Assembly: GCF_009914755.1 (NCBI RefSeq)
Contig: NC_060926.1
Strand: one strand, 5' to 3'
DNA length: 64,000 bases
Origin: the human T2T-CHM13v2.0 reference genome, Homo sapiens
The translations under genes and the position numbers were made by a program. A model generated the notes under the pieces. It was not told the DNA's origin. It ran no database searches and saw only the letters and a program-made list of their open reading frames with translations. The number at the start of each line of letters is the position of its first letter. Within the stretch, counting starts at the first letter, position 1. Below are positions 50,536 through 64,000 of the stretch, one piece after another.

Positions 50536-50869
50536 CTTGCAACTTTCTACATCTTTATAAGTAGAAGTCACTGATATCCTTTTTAAAGGTCTTTTCATAA
50601 TTATCCTTTACCTTAGATTTATTAAGTGGAAGCTGCATTTTTTGGTTTTATTTGTGTATACCATTACAACTAAGAAACACAATGTACAAACTCTCAGTCA
50701 AATTTATTGAACTGGAGATTGTTAGTAAACCCCTAATAAATTAGCTCCAAATAGCTATGATTGCTTTCTTTCCAAGGGTTGTGTATTTGCCACATTGGCA
50801 TAAATGTAAACTAGATAAAGAAAGCATTATAAATTATTTTGTGTGTAGTTACATATAATTCAAGGTCTC

Positions 50870-51364
50870 AGTAGGCAAAGTAACCCCTTCCCAACATCCC
50901 AAAATATCTACATCCCAATCATTGGGATTTATGTTACCTCATATGGCAAAGGAACTTTGTGACAGTGATTAAGTTAGAGCCCTGATTTGTAGAGATTATC
51001 CTGGATTATGTTGGTGGACCCAGTCTAATCATAGGAGACCTTAAAAGTGGATAAATTTATTCTGGCTTCTGTTCATGGGAGATGTGATTGCAGGAGGGAG
51101 AGAGACACAACATTGCTGGCTTTGACAATTGGGAGAGGGCTATAAGCTAAGGAATGTGGGTGATCACTAGAAGTTGGAAACAGCAAGGAAATGGATTCTC
51201 CACCAGAGCACTCAGAAAAACATGAAGCTCTTCTGGGTCCTTGATTTAAGTTCAGTGAGACCCATGTCTGACTGCTAATCTATAGAAGTGGAAGATAACA
51301 AATCTGTGTTGTTTGAAACCAAGTTTGCGGTAATTTGCTACAGCAGCAATAGAAAACTAGTAAA
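50870..51364 (+). mobile_element. MaLR LTR (MLT1D-like)
   Basis: atgttacctcatatggcaaaggaactttg...cagcagcaatagaaaacta. Confidence 0.85.
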
Positions 51365-52033
51365 AGGCCAGAACAACAACAAAAAATTCTGAATATCAAT
51401 TTGTAAAAGTTGTGAGGGTGAAATTTTAAAAAGTTTTTTTTTCTTATTCTCCCATGTTTAGTTCGCTAGGTTAGTTTTATAAGAAATAAAATAGAAAGCT
51501 GGAAAAGACATTGACTTTTTTACAGACATTACTTTTAGAGACTAGTATAGAGAAATAAATTTGGTTTCAAATTTGAAGATCACAAGAAAAGGAGATCTCA
51601 TAATATCTTACCAGCGTTCTATGCCACCCCCCCCCACCCCAGGACCCGAGCATTATTCTTAATATAACACATACATGTTCTTAATAAGATTAACATAATT
51701 TTAGCAAAAAATTTCATAAGAAGGAAATGTTGATGGGTCTATAATAGTGGAAAAAAAGGTAAACTTAGAGTTATGTAAGATTAAAAAAAGAAACAAAAGT
51801 AACTGACTTTTTGAAATACTGTACATTAACCGTAGTTATTAAAATGTCATAGGTTTCTTTGTTACTTCACAATTGAGAACATTATACTATTTTTCCCTTT
51901 TTCATGTATATCATTTGAAAAATATTTCCTAAAGAAACTATTGTTTTTCCTACTTAAATTCAACTATTCTGACAATATATTAATACTAACCCCAAATCTT
52001 CTGGTCATTCTTCAGCAAGTGTCCAGTTTGTAG

Positions 52034-52634
<601 letters not shown>

Positions 52635-55355
52635 TGTAAGAACAATTTAATTGCACTCCAGTTGTGCCTAATTCAATTGCACTCCAAGTTTTTTTTACAG
52701 GCAATCCAATTATACTCTAAAATATCATCTTCCTGAAGAGCAAAGAATTAGGATCCTTGAAAAACTTGCTCTTTTAGTTTTGCTCTTGAGATTATAATAA
52801 ATTTCTTAGGAAAGGTGCTAGATAATAAATTTCTGGATATGTAAAAATACTGTATGTATAAGCTGTCCAACCCAGGAAATCTAAATATATAGAATGAACG
52901 TTATACTGTTTAATATTAAAGTGTTTGATTCTTAAATATCCTGATACTAGATGAGAATTAGATAAGTACATGTACTACAAATCACACGATGATTGTCATT
53001 TCCACAAGGTTGCTTAACATCTTTAATTAGTCTATCTGAATTCTTAGTTTAACATATATACTTAACTATAAAAGTTAAAATAAGAAAGTCATACCTAGAC
53101 TTTTTTGACACTATTTTGAGAATTGACACCTGAAAACCTGCTATTGAGGATAAAAGAAAGGGGAACACACTTAAAAAATAGACTTAATTACTAAAGTCAA
53201 ATAATCTTTGATTCTTTATAATAGGGGCAAAAATTTTTATACCTTTCACTTTCCCAGGGCAGTATGTAGTATGCTTTATTACGGACCATATCAACCCTAG
53301 TGCTTTCATCTCTATTATATCTTCATCCATCTTTTCAAATAACTCTATCCTAGGTTTTGTCATAACTCTCAGTACCCAATCCACTGGCCATAAGTCAAGA
53401 GCTTACCAACTCTCATACTCTTAGTACACATTTTCTTCTTTTCCATGGTATATTATCTTTCTCTCCCTTCTGTTCTGTCCCTACTTGGCTAAATCCATCA
53501 GTCATCACTTCAACCAACCTCTGCCACTATCTCTAGTTCTTTGGCCCCACTGATCTATCTTCATTAATGTAGCTGTTTACCAAGCAAACTTCTCTTATGC
53601 AACTGGAAAGCCTTGAGTTAATATTAATGAATTTTTTTCAGTTCCATGTCTGCAGTGATTCTCAGCAAGCCTTCTTTGGCCCCTTAATTATTTACGTTTT
53701 CTTCATACTAGCAATTTCAAAGTATTTCTGCTCCCCATAAACTAATGACATAGCCACCATATTTCATTTTATTCTCATCCCATCACTTAATTCTTCAAAA
53801 GTAAAGTTAAAATTGCCTTGAGTGAAGTTACTCAACTTCCCACCACTAAACCTGCACAAATGCCTTCATCTATTTCAATCCTTTCCAGTTTTCCCTTTAA
53901 CTTTTCACACTTTAAAGAGATGTATTCTTTCCTACTTAATGTTTCTTGAGAATATTGCTACTCCATAAGTTTTCTTTGTTTTTAGTTATACCTCCAACTT
54001 CTTTTTTTCCAGATGTCCTTTATTGAGTTCTTAAATACGTCTGTTTCTTCTACATTAGAATTGATAACAGTAGTAGTATAATCAAACCAAACCTTCAACT
54101 CCACATTCCATTTTTAGATCTGTAATATTTAATATGGCTTAAGCTGCAAATTAGAGTAACCTTAACCTAAAATGAATTTAAAAATTTTTAAAAAATTGTG
54201 CTTGCCTAACAGGATTTCCAGGAAGTCAGTGTTCCAACTCTATTCCTTTTGTGATATGTTCAGTTCTGCCCTCTTCTATATTTTGGTTTTGTTATTCATG
54301 GTCAAAGATGGCTGCCGTTCACAGCTAAAGCAACATCTGCTTTGTTAATATCAAGAAAGAGGGAGAGGTAACCGCTCCTTCAACTATAAAAAAAATTATC
54401 ATTCCCTGAATAGGGTCATCTGGTGCCCTAGGATCAGTAGTAGTCATGAGATGTTGAGATGATTGACATATCTGGAGCCTGTACCAGTCATTGGCAAGAG
54501 GAATGGAATTGCTGTGATCAACTTAGCCTACTCAGGATTCTTACCTGGAGCTCTTGGTAGGGATAACATCTCCTGAATCATAACGATGATGTAAGGGAAG
54601 TCTGAATACTTAAAAATTGAAACGTGTTATTTTATCCCAGTAAGGAAGAAAGTGGAATACTTGATAAGCCACCAGTGGTGTCTATTACATGAAGAAGCAA
54701 AGGGAATGAAGTAAACTTAAGTGCATAAAAATGACTTCTCAGAAAAGTACAGATCCAGATCCTATGGATACCCAAATTAATTCCTAATTTATTGCTTAAA
54801 ATAGCTACTAGGCATGCTGACTCCTGTTTCACCCTGTCAGAGGGACTTTGAATAAAATGGTACTAGATTATTAATTATGGGGACTAGTCATGTACTTCAT
54901 GCTCTCTCAAAGCAATGTCTAGATCTGTCCTTGCTTTGGCTGCTCTTCAGCCAGCTCTGGGGTCTGGCCTCATCCTGCACTCCACCCTCCCAACCTTTTA
55001 GTGAGAGGTACTTTTACCATCTGCAAAGGTAAAAGAGATACCTTTACTATCACATGGCATCACATTTGCCACATGATGTCTCTATCAAATTCAAATTAAC
55101 CTACCCTTAAGGGTAACTGTTGCACTATCTTTAGTCTTTCTGATTCCAGGTCTCTTCCCATTTTTCTCTGACTTGTGTGAAATATATACACTTTCCTTAT
55201 ATTTCCAGGCATCTTCTCCTCTTGGGGAATTGTACCTTTTTCTCTTATTATTCCTATTTTCTGGACCTAATGTTTTTTCAACTATGTGGAATCTGGTGTT
55301 AGTTTCAAGTAGAACCTTCCTATGTATGCTAGTTTACCAAAGCAGGTCCAAACAT

Positions 55356-55387
<32 letters not shown>

Positions 55388-57419
55388 GGTGGTGAGCGGG
55401 GGTGAATCTCAACTATCTTAGGGAATTCCTTTTGACTTTGGATTTAAGAACTGAGGGAAAGCATTTAGCTCTTTGTGTATTTGCAAAGGAGAATAATTTA
55501 TGTACTATTACCTTTGTTTCCTTCTTATTTTCCCAACTTTGAGAACTCTATTTTGTTTCCTGGAACTGCCTGTATGCTTTTTTTGCCAGAGAAGTCATCT
55601 TATAAATACTTGGCTATCTATAATTTGGCAATGATAAAACTAAAACAGAAAATAGCACACACATAATAATAAAGGGTGGTTTGGTCACAATCAATTTCTA
55701 ATAGTATACATTACCACTAGCTGTATATCATATTCCACATGATACTATTGGTAGTCCACAGAAGACTAGACATTTGCTTTACCTGAAGGCCCATGTCAAG
55801 TCATTGTCAGAAAAAGCCCTGAAAAATAATATAGGCTTTTACAAAATTGCCTTCTGAAGTGGTGGCAACAGAGTTACATTACAGACATTATATGTTACTC
55901 AGCAAAACTCCTTTAAGGTCTTCCTTGGTTGAGCATGTCTTCCTCTTGGTTCCTCCATTCCTCAAGCCTTCCATCTTCATAGTTCCTACCTCCCCTTTTT
56001 TAGGCGGATGCCTCTGCCTTCTGAGAAGCTATCTGTTAGTGTTTGTCTAAGTCTTCTCCATTATGGAGAGGGAAAAACTATGAAAACTTATATAGAATAT
56101 TTTTGTCCACATCACCCAATGAGAAATAATTTGCTTTTTATAGAAGGCATTAATAGATATAAGATATATTACCTTGATAAAATAAAAAGAAAAGCAAAAA
56201 GTTGATGCCCTCTCCTAATCCCCCCCAGGTTTCTTCCTGCCTTCTTAATGCTTTCATGTGTAGCTCTGCTATCTAGAGTGCTCATTCTCCTAACCCCTCC
56301 CCTGCCCATACTTTCCCCATGGAAGGAAAGAATACCTTCCTTTATTCCTTACAAATGACTAAAAAGTCTTTAGTCCTGCTCACAACAGTATTTAAATTCA
56401 AACGGAAAGCGGTATTTTACATTAAGGAGAAAAATCTTTAATTTAGGACTTTTGCATATCCACTCTGTACCTAGGGAAGGACTGTGTACTGGGTAAATTT
56501 TCTAGAACTTCTGAAATCACATTACGTGGACAACTTTGTATTTGCAGTTTGGTCATGAAGAAGACTGCTCTTGAATGTGTTCATTGAAGAGCTTTTTCCT
56601 TCTGTGATTGTCTTTTGGAGCATGAAAGTCAAAATACCAAAGAATGATAAAACTTAATCAAAATTTAAATTACTGTTTAAGATCTCCAAAATCCTTTTGG
56701 AAAATAATTTCATAGTACATTTTATAACTAGAGCAAAAAGAGCTAATAGAGGCATGTTTTCTATAGCAATAACTACCTCCTCTGTGTTTTCACCTCTTCA
56801 GAGGCTAATAACACTGTCAAATTGATGGAAACCTTCCTGCTTACTGAATTATAGCACCTCCATTTACATTAGCATAATATATGCCAAAAATGAAATACTA
56901 TCTCATTTCAAAGTCTGTGGGTTTATTTTATTACTTGTAGTTGATATTTCTTGTACTCTAAACTGTAATACTCTTTAGTTTTTTTTTTTTAAATAATAAA
57001 AAAAGGAAGGAAAGAAAGAGGGATGGAAAGATGAAGGGAAGGAAGAAACTGTTTTTTAGTGTTCTTCCTCCCATGGTAGATAATTAATAAAAACATTGAT
57101 ACTAAACAATGATGTAAAAGATTATATGGAAACAGGGAAATCTCAAAAAGAAACCAAATATTTATATAGTGAGGTATGGTACCTAATGGAAGAGCATTTA
57201 AGAAGAATTATGTAGTTATAATAGTCGTATAGATATGTAGTACCAAATGTAACAACTTAACATGATTACTTCAGCAACTTTCAATGAAGTATTTGTTTCA
57301 AATATTCTTTGATCCCTTTCAAAAAGAAATTACATAGCTGTTATTCAATAAAGATAATCGAGGTAGGTGGAACTGAAGGTTGAAATTACAGGAATCTATA
57401 TTGGTCATAACACAGAATT

Positions 57420-57590
57420 TTTGAAAGCTTCACAACAACCCAAACAAGTGGTTATGGTAGGTTTTACCACATTTTACAGATGAGAAACTGAAGGCCAGGG
57501 AATTCACTGATAAAAGTATGAGAGGGAACTGGCAGTGGGACATTGACTCCTACTCTAACTTTAGTGAAATTCTCACTATGCCATACTTTT
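57420..57590 (-). mobile_element. MIR
   Basis: cattttacagatgagaaactgaaggcc core. Confidence 0.75.
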
Positions 57591-57721
57591 ATTTTTTGCA
57601 GATAGATGTTCTAAAAGTAAGAATTAAATATTCTCATGTTTGTAATTTTTCTCAAGCAAACTTTCATTATCTCATTTAACTCTGGGTGCTTCTGTAAAAG
57701 AGTTCTAAGAACTGTGGGAGC

Positions 57722-58129
57722 TTTAGGGTACATGTGCACATTGTGCAGGTTAGTTACATATGTATACATGTGCCATGCTGGTGCGCTGCACCCACTAACG
57801 TGTCATCTAGCATTAGGTATATCTCCCAATGCTATCCCTCCCCCCTCCCCCGACCCCACCACAGTCCCCAGAGTGTGATATTCCCCTTCCTGTGTCCAAG
57901 TGATCTCATTGTTCAATTCCCACCTATGAGTGAGAATATGCTGTGTTTGGTTTTTTGTTCTTGCGATAGTTTACTGAGAATGATGGTTTCCAATTTCATC
58001 CATGTCCCTACAAAGGACATGAACTCATCATTTTTTATGGCTGCATAGTATTCCATGGTGTATATGTGCCACATTTTCTTAATGTGCACATGTACCCTAA
58101 AACTTAGAGTATAATAAAAAAAAAAAAAA
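57722..58129 (+). mobile_element. L1Hs pre-Ta, 5'-truncated with 5' inversion (inverted 57722-58083; sense 58081-58115 plus A14)
   Basis: Antisense cccactaaCGTgtcatc gives the ACG diagnostic; aacttaGagtataat gives G6015. Confidence 0.93.
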
Positions 58130-59406
58130 TCTTAATGACTTAGGAAGAATCAGAGTGAAGATTTTGAAGCCTTTTTATATATACCATGAGTTATACAGTC
58201 AATACATTTTTGAAGGCAGAGTATCTATATCTATTATTTTTTTTAAGAACACATTGTTTTACACAATTATTTTACTTCCAGAAACCTATGCCACAGAAGA
58301 CTTAACACCCTGGACAAAAAAATATATACGTATGAGGAATTTTGCATAATTGTCCATAGTGAAAATTTGGCAACAACCAAAATCTCACCCCCAAATAAAT
58401 GATTAAAGAAAAATATATTTATACAGTTTATGTTGTACAGTTACACAATGGAATTAGCTAGTTCTAATGAAAATGAAAGATTTTCTTCAGAATACAGTTA
58501 GTGAAAATTGCCAGTTGGAGAACATATACAACACTACTTTTGGGGAAAAAAATATGTAGGTGTATGTAAATAGTGAAAATATCTTAGGCATGGGATTTTG
58601 GTAATCTTCATAATCTACATGTTAGGAGTGAAGTTTTGGTAATCTTATGTAGTCTACATTTGTACATTTTTGTATTATGAAGAGAAACTACAGAGAAGTT
58701 TGCATTGTCATCTCATTAATATAATTTTTAAAATTTAAAAAGGCTTCTCTGAGATTGCAAGAGGTGAGTGACTTTGCCACAGGTTTTTAGAAAAGTAGAT
58801 GACTACACGCTTAACATGTTGTTGAGGTCATCTATGCATCAGCAATGGGAGGTTCAGGTATTATCTGGGGTCCTTCTAGTTCTAAGACTCTGTGATGCTG
58901 AGAGATGGGAGAGATATGAAATCTGCTGTGCTGAAATGGAAGGGCTTAGCTTACTCGTGGCACTCCAACTGCAATTTAGAATTTCTTATCTCACTCCTTC
59001 TTCCTGGACCGAATCATTCTCACTGTCCCATCATATTTTAAGGAATACCATTAGGAAGTCACTAAAGATTTCACTTTTTCTAGCACAACTAGAAACAATG
59101 TGATGGATTTGAGTTCTTAATTTAAAAATTGTATGCTTCATATAGTTATCTAGTCCAAAAATATTTTACATTGTATGTTTATAACTAAAGTGTATCTTGT
59201 TCTCCCTCCACCTTGTGTAGTTTATCAGTAAAACCAATAAAGCCTACTGAATTAACAGACATATAATATCACTTACAATAAAAGTAAATGTACTTTTTAC
59301 TTACAGTAAAACAATACAATTTTACTTACGATAAAATTGTATCACTTACAGTAAAAGTAAATTTGTAATAGGAAAACTGGAAAATAAATGCACAGCAATT
59401 ATTTCT

Positions 59407-59431
<25 letters not shown>
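58130..59431 (+). other. L1-mediated 3' transduction (~1.28 kb) with its own poly(A)
   Basis: AATAAA 59383-59388, A25 at 59407-59431, then second TSD copy aagaactgtgagagct (first copy 57707-57722). Confidence 0.88.
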
Positions 59432-59437
<6 letters not shown>

Positions 59438-59689
59438 TGAGAGCTCCGTGATAGAACTATATGCTGTTTGCTCTCTAAGAGATTCCAATATAATGGAAAG
59501 AAAAGAGAAGCACATGTCCTAAAGTTCTTACACCTCCATTGTACTGGAAACTTGTGCAACTCTTGAACAAGTTTATTATTTTTTTTTTGTAGCTAATGTC
59601 CCTACTTTTATGCTCCCTTGAGATTTTTTGTATGGTGCTATTTATGATATCCACATGTATTAAGATTATTTGTAATTATGTTTCAAAAT

Positions 59690-59815
59690 TATTTTCAATC
59701 ATGTCTTGGACTTGTGGAATGTGAAGATTAGTTCCTATTCATCCTAGTTCTATAAGGCTAAGTGTAGTGCTTACAACACAGTAAATGTTCAGTACATGCT
59801 TGTGTTTGGTATATA
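59690..59815 (+). mobile_element. L2 3' fragment
   Basis: tagtgcttacaacacagtaaatgttcagtacatgcttg. Confidence 0.5.
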
Positions 59816-60512
59816 TTTATTATTAGAAAGGTCTATACCTCTCATATAAAATTCAAGCAATATGGACGTATATAATGTAAACAGTTAAACTTTACATGTC
59901 TTTCACCCACTCCTACTGCTCTCAGGTAACCATCGTTAGCATTTTGATTCAGAACTACTTAGACTTTTTTTACATGGACAAATACGATGTGATTTTTGAA
60001 TTCATAAGTTAAATTCATAAGACGCACTGAGAATCAAAAATATTCTATAAGCTGAAGACATTATATAAAATTAAAATATTATTTTATGATTTTAAACTAC
60101 TTCAACTGTGTTCTGTAGAAAGAAAACAATTGAACAGGATGATCTTAAAACTTTGATAGTTGTATAGATTATCAATAGTATTTTACATGTTACACCAAAA
60201 ATATTCATTTCATATTAACATTCTAATTTATCAGGACAACACACTAAATTTTAGTTTTCTCATTATCAGACATCACTTTATTTTCACATACATTGGAATA
60301 TTATTGGTCAAACTTTTACTCTAGTAAGAGCTGACATTTCTATTTATTAGGTTCTAAACTAGTGATTTATAAGGTATTTCTGCTTTGCAGAGTATTCCCA
60401 TTCAGTAATGGAAATAATCCTTGGTCCTTTGAGTTAACATTTGAAAGTACATAATTAATAAATGAACATTAAGAACTTTATATCTATATTTACTATTCTT
60501 CAAAAGAATTTT

Positions 60513-60843
<331 letters not shown>

Positions 60844-60967
60844 TTATTTCTATTTCATTAATGTGCTTGACTATTGATAGTCTTGATTAAGGATATAATA
60901 TTTACTCTATTTCTCTGACTTAAAGAGGAAATATATGCTCCTCATTCTCTATGCTACTTAGTGATTT

Positions 60968-61085
60968 TAATTTTTCTCAAGGAAACTTTCATCGTCCCAT
61001 TTAACATTTGCGCTTCTGTCGTAAAAGAATGCTAAGAACTATGGGAGCTCCGTGGTAGAATTATATGCTGTTTGCTCTCAGAGAG
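60968..61085 (+). repeat. Diverged ~120-bp direct copy of 57643-57722 plus 59446-59482
   Basis: taatttttctcaagSaaactttcat...taagaactRtgggagctccgtgRtagaaYtatatgctgtttgctctc. Confidence 0.85.
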
Positions 61086-61867
61086 CTTGTTAGAATTTTG
61101 GAGTTCAAGTGGTGACTTTGACCTAAAGGCTGAACATCAAATTACAAATGTTATTACACTTTAGTGAGTATTAGAAGAAAGAAAAAAATGGTACATTATT
61201 GAGAATTAATGAATTATGATTGAACTAAATGGATTTTAGCTAGCCATACAGAAACTGTGAGGTTAAAAACATGGATTTTTCTGTTTCATAAAACAACTTA
61301 TAATTATTTGCTATCATTTAAAATTTTGGACTATAAATAAATAAACTATTACCATGTAATTTAATTAAACTTGGTATGACAAACACTTTGTGGCCTCAGA
61401 TAGAAGATGATGTAGAGCTATGCAAACTGTGTATTCATAAAACATATGGCAGAAAAGCTCTATGAATAATAGTTGACTAAGAGCTTAACATATGTCTAAT
61501 AATGTGTTCAGCATAGATTAATGGGAAATAAATATATTGAAACAATATATTTGATATTTAAAAACTGATTTGAGCTGTGTTCTAATTACCTCATTGTGCC
61601 TTAATTTAATAGTGTATAAAAACTGGGAATAATACAATAAATTTATTGAGGAATTTGCAATTAGTAATAGTTACTAGAGTTAAAACAATTCTAATAATTT
61701 CATGTGGAAAGTGATAAAAATGATATAAGTGGTATGGAAACAAATGAAGGTTATTTATTAGTAAAATTGATTACCAACATTTTTGTGTGAAAGGTCTAAG
61801 AAAATTTACATAATCAATATTAAGTTTAATGTCTCATATCCAAGTCGAGTACTAGTAGTTAAATAGC

Positions 61868-62026
61868 GTTAGGAAAAATAGCTAATGTATGCTGGGCTTA
61901 ATACTGAGGTGATGGGTTGATAGGTGCAGCAAATCACCATGACACACGTTTACCTATGTAACAAATCTGCACATCCTGCACACGTACCCTGGAACTTAAA
62001 ATAATAATAAAGAAAATTTAAAAAAT
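61868..62026 (+). mobile_element. Very short old L1PA 3' end
   Basis: gatgggttgataggtgcagcaaatcaccatg...gtaccctggaacttaaaata. Confidence 0.85.
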
Positions 62027-64000
62027 ACAAGACTTCATACTTTTCTGAGGATAAAGAAGTAGAAGTTGATGAGTGATAATGGTATTGATGCTTTCTATTT
62101 GCTTTTGAAACTATAAGATATAAATAAATAGAACAAGAGCTACTAAGCTACTATTTACTGAATTTTTACCTTATTCTAAGTAATTTTCATATATTAGCTT
62201 CTTTCATGACTTGGGTTTAGATGTGTGTGAGAAACTGAATGAAATATAATATAGCTACAATACCAAATTCAAGAGAAATTTGGTGAGGTGAGCTTGGAGA
62301 TAGGAAGGCTGTAGATTTTGGATAGCCATGTAAGTCATGTGCCCTTTATTTTATGGGCAGTGGGAAAGCATTGTGGGTTATAAGTATCAAATTACATTAT
62401 AGGATAAAATATAATTAAATGATTTTTAAATTATATGAACAATTCAGATTTGTTTTATTATTAAATTGGAAAACATCTTAAAATTTTTACAGTAACCTCA
62501 TGATAGGTGGAAAAGGAATAGAAATTTATACATTGTTTTTAGGAGTGGCAGTTGATACAACAATTTTTGGATGGCAATATTATACTATGAAATAAAATTT
62601 TAAAATCACATACTCTTTTACATAGGAATACAACTTCTAGGAATTAAAAATCTGGATACTATCACAAAAATTTATCGTGAAAACTATATATTTGAAGATG
62701 TCCAAAAATCCTAGAAGAGCATGTCACTACTTGAGAAAGACTAACATATATGTGCAAATAATAAGAAAGAATCATAAGAGCTGGTGTTGTTGATAGGACA
62801 ATTGGCACTCTTAGGCACTATTGGATTGAATCATCATTATATTCACACAGAATAATTTAACCTTTATGAAAGATTTAGGTTTGACTCAGCAGTTTCGATC
62901 ACTCATTCTAAGAAATTTATTGGATTCCAATCCAAAAATTTAAGTACAAATGTGCTATTGTAATGTTGTTTATCATAGCAACTAAAAATTAAGAGTTAAA
63001 TAAATTATAATACATTAAGCAGCTGAATTTTATATAGTCAATATAAGTATTTATAGAAGTAAATGGTCATAATAACCTATAAAAAGGAAATAAGCTACAC
63101 AATCACATTTATACAAATCTCATATGAGTAAGTCATATATACATATGTATATAAATATAAACATTATGAAAACTTATGCTAAGCTATTGGTAATGGTAAC
63201 CCTGTGATGATGGAATTTTAGGGGTTGTTATTGTTTTTGTGGTAGTGTTTATCTCTACTTCCTTTTCTTTCTGTGCAAGATTCTTTGTTATTTATTTAAT
63301 TAGAAACACTAAGAAAATTATTTACATAAATTCTATATCTCATAGCCAATATCCACAGTGTTTTTCCTTTTAGGAGACTCATAAATTCTTCCCCTAGAGG
63401 AGCCTGATATGCTAAATTTCACAGGAAGGCCTTAGAATAGACTACATCACTGGGACCTTTGGTATAGGCTGACTTAATCCCTCTGTTCAAAACTTGCTTC
63501 AAATATTGCCTAGAATATACTCAATTATTAATAAATGCTGAAAGGAATAAGACAACATCTAAACCCATCTCTCAGCTCTTATATTTGTTTTTGTTTGCTT
63601 GTTTTATGGATGTGACATTGATGATATACTTGTGTGACGTCTTTATGAGTGATAATTCTCAAATTATTGTGCAATTTCCATAGGTAGAATCTTTCCATTT
63701 ATATTAATTCTAAGTAGTATAATTCCTTCTCTCTGTTTTTATAGCATCATTTGCTTTATAAAGATAGATGAAAAACAGGAGTCTGAACGTTTTTCCTGTT
63801 TTCTCTGTCACTGAAAGAAGAATGTCAGTATACTTAAAGATAAGCAATTGAATGCAAATAATTTGGAAGAACCATTTTAATCACCATAATTGTACTGAAG
63901 CACTTAAAAATGCATGTATGGAATTGAAAAATAGATTAAAAATCCTTTCAATAAGTGTACTCATTTATTTAATTACTTTGAAGTTGGAAGTAAAACCATC

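Noticed and set aside
58768-59103. 111-aa ORF inside the transduced segment as a shuffled exon
   Set aside because: Non-ATG start and no recognisable homology; no support unless the donor locus proves exonic.
59265-59370. Repeated acttacaRtaaaa units resembling a repeat-spacer array
   Set aside because: Irregular AT-rich low-complexity sequence in a human genome, not CRISPR.

Overview
AT-rich human genomic DNA (many Alus and a human-specific L1Hs). I find no credible protein-coding exon; the listed ORFs are mostly Alu/L1/LTR read-throughs or chance ORFs. The window is a mosaic of about 22 Alus, L1s of many ages, L2/MIR relics, MaLR/ERVL LTRs and Tigger/hAT DNA transposons. A 39-bp-stem hairpin at 32860-32952 matches my memory of MIR4438, which would place the window in a very large SPAG16 intron (2q34); this is from recall and unverified. 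The best signals are retrotransposition events readable from the sequence: (1) a pre-Ta L1Hs with a 5' inversion and a ~1.28-kb 3' transduction inside one TSD (57707-59445); (2) a 5S rRNA fragment fused in inverted orientation to the 5' end of an L1PA (45257-47178); (3) an L1PA scrambled into five out-of-order segments (6251-8106); (4) a miRNA-like hairpin apparently made by inverted duplication inside an old L1. I see no CRISPR array or new gene system. Repeat subfamily names and boundaries are by eye and approximate.
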